Shown piece by piece: positions 17,118 through 24,000 of a stretch of DNA of 24,000 nucleotides. The notes beneath the pieces were generated by a model. That model worked only from the letters and a program-made list of their open reading frames with translations, had not been told where the DNA came from and ran no database searches. How positions within the stretch are numbered: the first letter of the stretch is position 1; each line of letters starts with the position of its first letter. The DNA comes from an uncultured Holophagae bacterium (GTDB lineage Bacteria > Acidobacteriota > Holophagae > Thermotomaculales > Thermotomaculaceae), in contig CAZDKZ010000003.1 of the NCBI GenBank assembly GCA_964506215.1, positions 45,973 through 69,972 on the forward strand, written 5' to 3'. A program made the translations under genes and the position numbers.

Positions 17118-20100
17118 TTGAGCATCATGTTGCGATTCCTGACAGCGGCCAGTCTGTATGACGGCCATGACGTATCCATCAACATTATTCGACGGATTCT
17201 GCAGTCCAAAGGGGCGGAAGTCGTTCACCTCGGTCACAACCGGGGCGTAGACGAACTGGTGCAGACCGCCCTGGAAGAAGATGTCCATGCGATTGCCATC
17301 AGTTCTTACCAGGGCGGTCATATGGAGTACTTCCGGTATTGCCGTCAGCGGCTGGACGAGATGGGCCTTTCGCATGTCCGGCTGTACGGTGGCGGTGGCG
17401 GCGTGATTGTTCCCGATGAAATTGCCGCATTGGAAGAAGAAAACGTGGCACGGATTTTTTCACCGGATGATGGACGAAACCTGGGACTGACCGGGATGGT
17501 GGATGAGATGATCCGCGAATGTTCAGACGCAGCAACGACGCTTTCCGGTTCCAGGAAGCACCTGGAGGACCGGATCCCGGATATTATCGCAGGCGATAAA
17601 CAGGCACTGGCACAGGCGATTTCACTGGTAGAGAACGCCGATGCGGACACACAGGCCGATCTGGCGGATGTGCTGGATCGCACCATGACCGGAAACAGTG
17701 TGGACAATTCCGTTCCGGTACTGGGGGTGACGGGGACGGGTGGTGCCGGAAAATCTTCTCTGCTGGATGAGATCCTGCGCAGACTGGTTCATCGAAACAG
17801 GGAACTGAACGTGGGGATGGTTTCCATTGATCCCACCAAGCGGAAAACCGGAGGCGCTCTGCTGGGTGACCGGATCCGGATGAACACCCTGCCCCACCCG
17901 CGGATCTTCATGCGATCCCTGGCAACCCGGAGCACCAACACCTCCACATCCGCCGCGGTCAAGCTGGTGATTCAACTGATGAAGCTCGCCGGACATGGCC
18001 TGATCATTGTGGAAACGTCCGGCATCGGCCAGAGCGATACGCAGGTGGTGGATATTTCAGATGTGTACATGTATGTGATGACATCCGATTACGGCGCCGC
18101 CACCCAGCTGGAAAAGATCGATATGATTGATTATGCAGACCTTGTGGTACTGAACAAGTATGACCGGAAGGGCTCGCCCGATGCGCTGCGCGACATTCGA
18201 AAACAATATCGTCGTGCGCACTTGAAATGGGACGGACCGGATGAAATGTTGCCGGTATTTCCCTCCATTGCCAGCCGGTTCCGGGATAAGGGTGTTGATA
18301 CGCTGTTTGACCATCTGTTGTACGTTCTGAAGGATAAAACCGGTCATGATCTTGGGGTGCAGGAAGATCTGACATTTCACGTACCCCGGGCCCACAGTCT
18401 CATTCCGGCCGAACGCACACGCTATCTCAGTGACATTTCGGATGCGATTGATCAGTATCACGGGGAACGGGAACGTCAGGCAACGCTGGCCGGCAACCTG
18501 CATGCGGTGAGACGTACGCTTGCCTTACTGCGGGAAGCAGACACCGGTGACACCAGCCCAATGAACCTGCAGTCGGCGGCAGACAGACTTTCCGCTGACA
18601 TGGACGCTGAACTGCGGGAGCAGTTGGAAAACTGGCAGTCAACTGTGGCCTGCTACAGGGACGAAAAACTGGTTACCCGTATCCGGGACCGGGAAATTAC
18701 CCATGATCTCCAGGTGGAAACCCTTTCCGGTTCGAAGATCCCCCGGGTGGCGCTTCCCCGTTATTCAGACTGGGGAGATCTGCTCCGCTGGCTGTCCCGG
18801 GAGAACCTGCCGGGCCATTTTCCGTTTACCGCCGGCGTGTTCCCGTTCAAGCGGACCGGTGAAGATCCGACGCGCATGTTTGCCGGAGAAGGGACACCGG
18901 AACGAACCAACCGCCGGTTCCACTACCTGTCCAGCGGTCAGAAAGCCGCCCGTCTTTCCACTGCATTTGATTCCGTCACCCTGTATGGATACGATCCCGC
19001 GGAACGACCGGACATCTATGGCAAAATCGGCAATGCCGGTGTGTCCATCGCAACAGTGGACGATATGAAGAAATTGTACTGCGGGTTTGACTTGTGTGAC
19101 CCCAGTACATCGGTGTCCATGACCATTAACGGTCCGGCGCCGATGATCCTCGCCATGTTCTTCAACACGGCCATTGATCAGCAGGTGGAACGTCATCTGA
19201 AAGAATCCGGCCAACTGGATGCGGCCCGGAAGCGCAAGGAAGAGTACTTCCGTGCCATGGGTGTGACAGCGCCGGTGTACACCGGGAAAGACAATCCCGA
19301 GGGGGATCGCGGTTTCGGCTTGTTTACGCTGGGTATTCCGGGAAGCGAACTGGTCGATGCAGATACTTACGCCCGCATCCGGGAAGCCACCCTGAAGTCT
19401 GTCCGGGGTACGGTCCAGGCGGACATTCTGAAAGAAGACCAGGCCCAGAACACCTGCATTTTTTCCACCGATTTTGCGATGAAGATGATGGGTGACGTAC
19501 AGGAGTCCTTCATCGGGAACCAGATCCGCAACTACTATTCGGTGAGCATTTCGGGGTATCACATTGCGGAGGCAGGTGCCAATCCCATCACGCAGCTCGC
19601 ATTTACGTTGGCAAATGGCTTTACCTATGTTGAATATTACCTGGCCAGGGGAATGGACATTGACGCATTCGCGCCCAACCTGTCCTTCTTCTTCTCCAAC
19701 GGCCTGGACCCGGAATATTCCGTTATCGGACGGGTGGCACGACGTATCTGGGCCATTGCCATGAAATACCGGTATGGGGGGAATGAACGGAGCCAGAAGC
19801 TCAAGTATCACATTCAGACGTCGGGCCGGTCACTCCATGCGCAGGAAATTGACTTCAATGATATCCGAACCACCCTGCAGGCACTGACGGCAGTGTATGA
19901 CAACTGTAATTCCCTGCATACCAATGCATATGATGAAGCAATAACGACACCCACAGAGGCCTCTGTACGCCGCGCACTGGCCATCCAGATGATTATCAAC
20001 CGGGAATTCGGTATGACCCGGAACGAAAATCCCATGCAGGGTTCATTCATCGTGGAGGAATTGACCGACCTGGTGGAAGAAGCCGTTTTGATGGAATTCC

Positions 20101-20510
20101 GGCGAATCTGTGAACGGGGTGGTGTGACCGGAGCCATGGAAACCATGTATCAACGGGGACGGATCCAGGAAGAATCCATGAAATACGAGCACCTGAAGCA
20201 TTCGGGAGACCTGCCCATTATCGGTGTCAACACGTTTGAACGCCCGGCCCATATGAAGGGTGAAGTGTCGGAACCCACCGAACTGATCCGATCAACGGAT
20301 GAAGAAAAGAACCGCCAGATTGAAAATCTTCGGGCATTCCAGCACCGGAACCGGGCCGGACGGGATACAGCCATTACGGAACTGCGGAAGACGGCGGAGA
20401 ATGGCGGGAATATTTTTGACCGGTTGATGGACACGGTGAACAGCTGTTCACTGGGAGAAATCAGCCACGCGCTGTTTGACGTGGGCGGGTCTTATCGCAG
20501 AAACATGTGA
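17118..20510 (+). CDS. icmF: Fused isobutyryl-CoA mutase IcmF: B12-binding domain, MeaB-like G-protein domain, acyl-CoA mutase TIM-barrel domain
   Basis: The B12 domain is LRFLTAASLYDGHDVSINIIRRILQSKGAEVVHLGHNRGV...SSYQGGH. The G-domain has GVTGTGGAGKSSL and VLNKYDRKG. The mutase domain has HFPFTAGVFPFKR and onward to the C-terminus. The start is ambiguous: TTG 17118 (GGGAGG 5 nt upstream), ATG 17127, ATG 17037 or the tracked 16992. A TATAAT hexamer at 17075-17080 favours the downstream starts. Confidence 0.9.
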   Translation: MSIMLRFLTAASLYDGHDVSINIIRRILQSKGAEVVHLGHNRGVDELVQTALEEDVHAIAISSYQGGHMEYFRYCRQRLDEMGLSHVRLYGGGGGVIVPDEIAALEEENVARIFSPDDGRNLGLTGMVDEMIRECSDAATTLSGSRKHLEDRIPDIIAGDKQALAQAISLVENADADTQADLADVLDRTMTGNSVDNSVPVLGVTGTGGAGKSSLLDEILRRLVHRNRELNVGMVSIDPTKRKTGGALLGDRIRMNTLPHPRIFMRSLATRSTNTSTSAAVKLVIQLMKLAGHGLIIVETSGIGQSDTQVVDISDVYMYVMTSDYGAATQLEKIDMIDYADLVVLNKYDRKGSPDALRDIRKQYRRAHLKWDGPDEMLPVFPSIASRFRDKGVDTLFDHLLYVLKDKTGHDLGVQEDLTFHVPRAHSLIPAERTRYLSDISDAIDQYHGERERQATLAGNLHAVRRTLALLREADTGDTSPMNLQSAADRLSADMDAELREQLENWQSTVACYRDEKLVTRIRDREITHDLQVETLSGSKIPRVALPRYSDWGDLLRWLSRENLPGHFPFTAGVFPFKRTGEDPTRMFAGEGTPERTNRRFHYLSSGQKAARLSTAFDSVTLYGYDPAERPDIYGKIGNAGVSIATVDDMKKLYCGFDLCDPSTSVSMTINGPAPMILAMFFNTAIDQQVERHLKESGQLDAARKRKEEYFRAMGVTAPVYTGKDNPEGDRGFGLFTLGIPGSELVDADTYARIREATLKSVRGTVQADILKEDQAQNTCIFSTDFAMKMMGDVQESFIGNQIRNYYSVSISGYHIAEAGANPITQLAFTLANGFTYVEYYLARGMDIDAFAPNLSFFFSNGLDPEYSVIGRVARRIWAIAMKYRYGGNERSQKLKYHIQTSGRSLHAQEIDFNDIRTTLQALTAVYDNCNSLHTNAYDEAITTPTEASVRRALAIQMIINREFGMTRNENPMQGSFIVEELTDLVEEAVLMEFRRICERGGVTGAMETMYQRGRIQEESMKYEHLKHSGDLPIIGVNTFERPAHMKGEVSEPTELIRSTDEEKNRQIENLRAFQHRNRAGRDTAITELRKTAENGGNIFDRLMDTVNSCSLGEISHALFDVGGSYRRNM

Positions 20511-20526
20511 GTGGGGTGCAATACCG

Positions 20527-21126
20527 TCAACGATTCAGGAAGCTGTCCAACTGTGAAATCAGTGCGCTGAATGCCCGGAATCGATGGGACAGTCGGTTTT
20601 TTTCTTCCAGGGACAACTGGGCAAATGTGCATCCCGAAGGCGGATGAAAAAAGATGGGATCATAGCCAAACCCCTGTTCGCCCTGCGGTGACAGGCTGAT
20701 TCTTCCTTCCACGATGCCTTCTGTCTGTCCCAGCAGCTTACCGTTTCTGGCCACGGACGCTACGCAGATAAACCGTGCTGAACGTTGATGGTCCGCGGTC
20801 TTTTCCCGCATCTGGTTCAAGATATGTCGGCACCGGTCCGGATATGGCATGTCCGCACCGGGATATCGGGCGGACCGTACACCGGGCAGGCCGTTTAACG
20901 CATCAATGATGAGGCCGGAATCATCGGCAACGACCGGCAGATCTGTCAGCCTGGAATAGTACAGTGCCTTGGATGCACTGTTTTCATGAAACGTATCCCC
21001 GTCCTCGGTATGGTCATCCTTCAACGCGTGTTCCGCCAGTGAGCAGAGTTGAAAATCCGGCAGGAATACAGGCCGTAATTCAATGATTTTGTTTGGATTT
21101 CCAGAGGCAAGAAGCAGCTCAACCAT
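20527..21126 (-). CDS. rdgB: Non-canonical purine NTP pyrophosphatase (RdgB/HAM1, dITP/XTP pyrophosphatase)
   Basis: [59 protein letters not shown] and [12 protein letters not shown] are present. Confidence 0.92.
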   Translation of the reverse strand: MVELLLASGNPNKIIELRPVFLPDFQLCSLAEHALKDDHTEDGDTFHENSASKALYYSRLTDLPVVADDSGLIIDALNGLPGVRSARYPGADMPYPDRCRHILNQMREKTADHQRSARFICVASVARNGKLLGQTEGIVEGRISLSPQGEQGFGYDPIFFHPPSGCTFAQLSLEEKNRLSHRFRAFSALISQLDSFLNR

Positions 21127-21838
21127 GCAGCGTTTTCCGTTGAATGTTGACCAGTTCGCTGATGCCTTTCATGGCCGTGTCCAGCATCTGGTCCAACTGG
21201 GCCCTGGAAAAGGGTGAACCTTCGGCTGTTCCCTGGACTTCCACCAGTTCGCCGGAACCGGTAGCCACCAGGTTCAGGTCTACTTCCGCGGTGGAGTCTT
21301 CCGGATAATCCAGGTCCAGCAACACGTGGCCGTTGACGATACCTACCGAAATGGCGGCAACATGATCCAGCAGCGGATTCTGCTCCAGTTTACCTTCCCG
21401 TGTCAATTTCTGCACAGCCAGTGCCAGTGCCACATAACTGCCGGTGATAGCGGCTGTACGGGTTCCCCCGTCTGCCTGGATCACGTCGCAGTCGATGGCA
21501 AAGGTACGTTCTCCCAGTCGGGTCCGATCGACTACCGAACGCAGCGAACGGCCGATGAGGCGCTGAATTTCCACACTCCTGCCCTGCTGTTTCCCCCGAA
21601 CGGATTCCCGGGAATTCCGTGTGCCGGTGGCACCGGGCAGCATGGCATATTCGGCGGTTACCCACCCTTCACCGGAATCCCGAAGAAACGGGGGCACCTT
21701 GTCATCAACGGAAACCGAGCACAACACCCGGGTCTTGCCGAAAGAAATCAATACGGACCCGGCCGGGTACTCCTGGAAATCACGAATGATCTCAACGGTT
21801 CGCAACTGGTCCACGTTCCTGTTTTCACTGCGCTTCAT
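21119..21838 (-). CDS. rph: Ribonuclease PH
   Basis: [53 protein letters not shown] and [18 protein letters not shown] are present. There is an ATGA overlap with the murI stop. Confidence 0.95.
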   Translation of the reverse strand: MKRSENRNVDQLRTVEIIRDFQEYPAGSVLISFGKTRVLCSVSVDDKVPPFLRDSGEGWVTAEYAMLPGATGTRNSRESVRGKQQGRSVEIQRLIGRSLRSVVDRTRLGERTFAIDCDVIQADGGTRTAAITGSYVALALAVQKLTREGKLEQNPLLDHVAAISVGIVNGHVLLDLDYPEDSTAEVDLNLVATGSGELVEVQGTAEGSPFSRAQLDQMLDTAMKGISELVNIQRKTLHG

Positions 21839-22647
21839 TTTCGTTTCCTCCAGAGCTTCTGCAGGTCAATATGTTCAATCTTGTCAACGGATGCGCCCAG
21901 GAACTGTTCACTTAACGGGGTGAATGTTTCCGGATAGTCTGTCACATAGATCTCGGTACGTCCTGTTTTCTGTTCGATCCGGTAATCGGTTGACAGGGCC
22001 TCACGGATGGGTGTGGCCGAGTTTACCAGGGTCAATCCCGGGTACAGCCCGGCGATCGTCTCCTGCAATAATGGATAATGGGTACAGCCCAGTACCAGGG
22101 TGTCCACGTTCTTTTCCATCATGGGGTCTACGTACAGGCGGATAGCGGCTTCAGTAATCGGGCCTGTGGTGAGACCTTCCTCCACCAGGGGCACCAGGAT
22201 GGGTGCCGGACTCACGTGCACGACGGCATCCGGCCTGTGGGAAAGAATGAATTTCTGGTACATGCCCGACAGAATGGTTCCGCGGGTGCCGATCACACCG
22301 ATACGGCCGGTCGCACTGACCGCTGCAGCCCGCCGTGCGCCCGGTTCGATAACCCCCAGCACCGGCAATGCCAGGGTTTTTCGCAATTCGGACATGGCAT
22401 GTGCCGATGCGGTATTGCACGCAACAATCAACAGATCGATCTTCTTGGACAGCAGAAATGCGACATTCTGATGGGTGTAGCGAATGATGGTCTCCGCCGA
22501 CTTGGTGCCATAGGGAAGACGCGCCGTATCACCGAGGTAGAAAAAATGAACGCCCGGAAAGCCATCACGCAGTGTTTTCAGGACCGTGAGCCCTCCCGCC
22601 CCGGAATCAAAAATACCGATCCGCTGAACTATCTGTTTTTCACGCAA
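21835..22647 (-). CDS. murI: Glutamate racemase MurI
   Basis: [40 protein letters not shown] and [11 protein letters not shown] are present. The start is TTG 22647 with GGAAGG 6 nt upstream. Confidence 0.93.
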   Translation of the reverse strand: MREKQIVQRIGIFDSGAGGLTVLKTLRDGFPGVHFFYLGDTARLPYGTKSAETIIRYTHQNVAFLLSKKIDLLIVACNTASAHAMSELRKTLALPVLGVIEPGARRAAAVSATGRIGVIGTRGTILSGMYQKFILSHRPDAVVHVSPAPILVPLVEEGLTTGPITEAAIRLYVDPMMEKNVDTLVLGCTHYPLLQETIAGLYPGLTLVNSATPIREALSTDYRIEQKTGRTEIYVTDYPETFTPLSEQFLGASVDKIEHIDLQKLWRKRK

Positions 22648-22680
22648 CCAGCGCCTTCCTTTCCTGTGTCACTGCGGGGC

Positions 22681-23343
22681 TTATGTTCCGGACAGACCCG
22701 GTGGCGGGACCGTGGCACTTTCATTCTGAATCACACCGGCAGAAACAATATACTTCACTGCATGTTCAATGGACATGGACAATTCACGCAACTCACTGCC
22801 ATCTACCATAACCAGGTAGCCGGATGTGGGGTTGGGTGTTGTCGGAATAAAGACGTTCAGGAGCCGCTGGGATTCACCCACAAAAGCCCCTTTAACCCGG
22901 GGACCGACGTCGGCCGTAACAAATCCGATGACCCACATCCCCTTCCGGGGATATTCAACCGCCACAACCCGTTTGAAATGGCGATCGCTTGTGAGGCGAA
23001 ACGCATCCAGGAATTGCTTGACGGCGGTATAAATCCCCCGAACCAGGGGTGTACGGGACATGAGGGAATCAAAAAAAGACAACAACCTTTTCCCGATGAA
23101 ATTCTCGGTAAGCAGGCCCACAAAAAATATGCCAAAAGCGATCAGGAGAATGGATACGATGCTGACCGCAATCGTAGGTACACTGGCTTCCGGTGCGTAT
23201 CGATTCAGGAGCCCCATGATGACCGGACTCAGCACATTGTCAATCTTGTCGAAGATATACTTGATCAGCAGTATGCTGACCAGTGCCGGGGTAACCACAA
23301 CGATACCCGTGAAAAACAACCGTCTCAGTTTTCTAGCTTTCAC
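22681..23343 (-). CDS. DUF502 family membrane protein
   Basis: The N-terminus LRRLFFTGIVVVTPALVSILLIKYIFDKIDNVL is followed by a second TM (IAVSIVSILLIAFGIFFVGLL), then ...PLVRGIYTAVKQ... and ...VFIPTTPNPTSGYLVMV, which is the typical DUF502 layout. The GTG start overlaps the pgsA stop by 11 nt. Confidence 0.8.
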   Translation of the reverse strand: MKARKLRRLFFTGIVVVTPALVSILLIKYIFDKIDNVLSPVIMGLLNRYAPEASVPTIAVSIVSILLIAFGIFFVGLLTENFIGKRLLSFFDSLMSRTPLVRGIYTAVKQFLDAFRLTSDRHFKRVVAVEYPRKGMWVIGFVTADVGPRVKGAFVGESQRLLNVFIPTTPNPTSGYLVMVDGSELRELSMSIEHAVKYIVSAGVIQNESATVPPPGLSGT

Positions 23344-23932
23344 CGGGTGTCTCCTCGTCAGTCGGGTTTTCTTTTGTCAGCACCACAATGCCCGTCTGTT
23401 GCCAGAATTTTATGAAATAGTCAACCGACGAGCCGATAGCCAGGATCAGTACGATCCAGAGCAGGATCAGACCCGGTGCCCGGAGGAAACGGATTCCCTC
23501 GCCCAGGATCAGGAACGAAATGGCAATAATTTGAAAGATCATCTTGAACTTGCCCAGCGCAGAGGCCTGTATCACGATATTGTAGGTCAATGCGATCTGG
23601 CGCAATCCGGATACCGCAAATTCCCGGCCAATGATAATGACAATCATCCACGCCGGCGCGAGTCCCATTTCCACCAGCGAAATAAATGCACCGGAAACCA
23701 GGAGTTTATCCGCAATCGGATCAAGAAGTTTACCCAGGCTGGTTACCTGGTTCCGTTTCCGGGCAAGATAACCATCCAGAAAATCGGTGATGGACGCGAT
23801 CCAGAAGATCAGCACCCCGATGTATTCTTTTCCTTCAAACCGGGTTAACAGGACAACAACCAGGATCGGGACCAGAAAAATCCGGAACAGGGTCAGATAG
23901 GTCGGAATGTTGATTCTGGGTTTATTCGTCAT
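23333..23932 (-). CDS. pgsA: CDP-diacylglycerol--glycerol-3-phosphate 3-phosphatidyltransferase
   Basis: NIPTYLTLFRIFLVPILVV is present, along with the CDP-alcohol phosphatidyltransferase motif DFLDGYLARKRNQVTSLGKLLDPIADK. Confidence 0.92.
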   Translation of the reverse strand: MTNKPRINIPTYLTLFRIFLVPILVVVLLTRFEGKEYIGVLIFWIASITDFLDGYLARKRNQVTSLGKLLDPIADKLLVSGAFISLVEMGLAPAWMIVIIIGREFAVSGLRQIALTYNIVIQASALGKFKMIFQIIAISFLILGEGIRFLRAPGLILLWIVLILAIGSSVDYFIKFWQQTGIVVLTKENPTDEETPGES

Positions 23933-24000
23933 GTTCCACCGTCCGAATGATCACTTCACCTTCCCGGGCCATTTTCAGTTTCTCCCGGGCAACCATTTCT
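23922..24000 (-). CDS. 3' end of an unidentified upstream gene, cut by the window edge
   Basis: The minus-strand frame is open from the window edge. It reads ...EMVAREKLKMAREGEVIIRTVEHDE* with TAA at 23924-23922, overlapping the pgsA start by 11 nt, like the other junctions in this operon. The fragment is too short to assign a family. Confidence 0.4.
   Translation of the reverse strand, partial: EMVAREKLKMAREGEVIIRTVEHDE

Noticed and set aside
16935-17126. A possible cobalamin riboswitch upstream of the B12-dependent icmF.
   Set aside because: The space available after subtracting the lepA promoter region is too short. I could not recognise a B12-box or the multi-stem architecture. Only a small hairpin (CCCTTA-ttg-TAAGGG) is present. 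A covariance-model scan would be needed for a definitive negative.
16931-17209. A 92-aa minus-strand ORF across the lepA/icmF divergent region.
   Set aside because: It overlaps the lepA start and the conserved IcmF B12-domain N-terminus, and it has no RBS or motif.
18765-19811. A 348-aa minus-strand ORF antisense to icmF.
   Set aside because: It is a codon-aligned shadow of icmF (19809-19811 is in phase with the icmF codons), it has no motifs, and the icmF homology is continuous across this span.
20540-20603. A T7 run (20597-20603) preceded by partial pairing (CTGTCC...GGACAG), which could act as an icmF terminator.
   Set aside because: The loop would be about 40 nt, so it is not a canonical intrinsic terminator. 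The T-run is simply the antisense of rdgB codons ([10 protein letters not shown]).
21326-21937. A 203-aa + strand ORF antisense to rph and the murI 3' end.
   Set aside because: It is a codon-aligned shadow of rph, and the RNase PH motifs on the minus strand are unambiguous.
22078-23415. A 445-aa + strand ORF spanning the murI and DUF502 genes in antisense. It is the longest unexplained ORF in the window.
   Set aside because: From the coordinates, it is codon-for-codon aligned with both sense genes (all share the same coordinate phase). In that frame a stop can only arise from sense codons TTA, CTA or TCA, which these genes avoid. The translation is H/Q/R/G/C-rich with no recognisable motif, while both sense genes have unmistakable family motifs.

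Overview
This 24-kb window is a nearly gap-free run of core housekeeping genes from a diderm bacterium (LptF/G, three-domain DsbD, a SPOR protein and MltG are present). The lineage cannot be named from sequence alone. I support 21 CDS: 19 complete and 2 cut by the window edges. One is a 57-aa 2x[4Fe-4S] ferredoxin missing from the ORF track. I also support one promoter and two intrinsic terminators. There are five transcription blocks. (1) lptF/G-like, + strand, 1-1989. (2) Minus strand: aroB-aroD-aroE/aroK, then an XRE regulator, then a 730-aa PATAN/SPOR protein (7939 down to 2109), ending at a hairpin terminator. (3) Ferredoxin, + strand, 8097-8270. (4) Minus strand: lepA-mltG-U32-DUF4911-rsmB-FeS(CCG)-dsbD (16934 down to 8352). 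(5) icmF on the + strand, converging on the minus-strand unknown-pgsA-DUF502-murI-rph-rdgB block. Ten gene junctions overlap by 4-23 nt. I saw no rRNA, tRNA, CRISPR array, transposase, integrase, phage gene or recognisable defence gene. My assessment is that this is an ordinary core region with no convincing novel multi-gene system. The best leads are: (a) the PATAN(DUF4388)-acidic repeat-TM-SPOR protein, which carries an MshEN-like c-di-GMP motif; (b) a CCG-type Fe-S oxidoreductase translationally coupled to dsbD; (c) the mltG-U32-DUF4911-rsmB cluster; (d) LptF-like and LptG-like modules in one frame; (e) an AroE-AroK fusion. All family assignments come from motif recognition by eye, not from searches.
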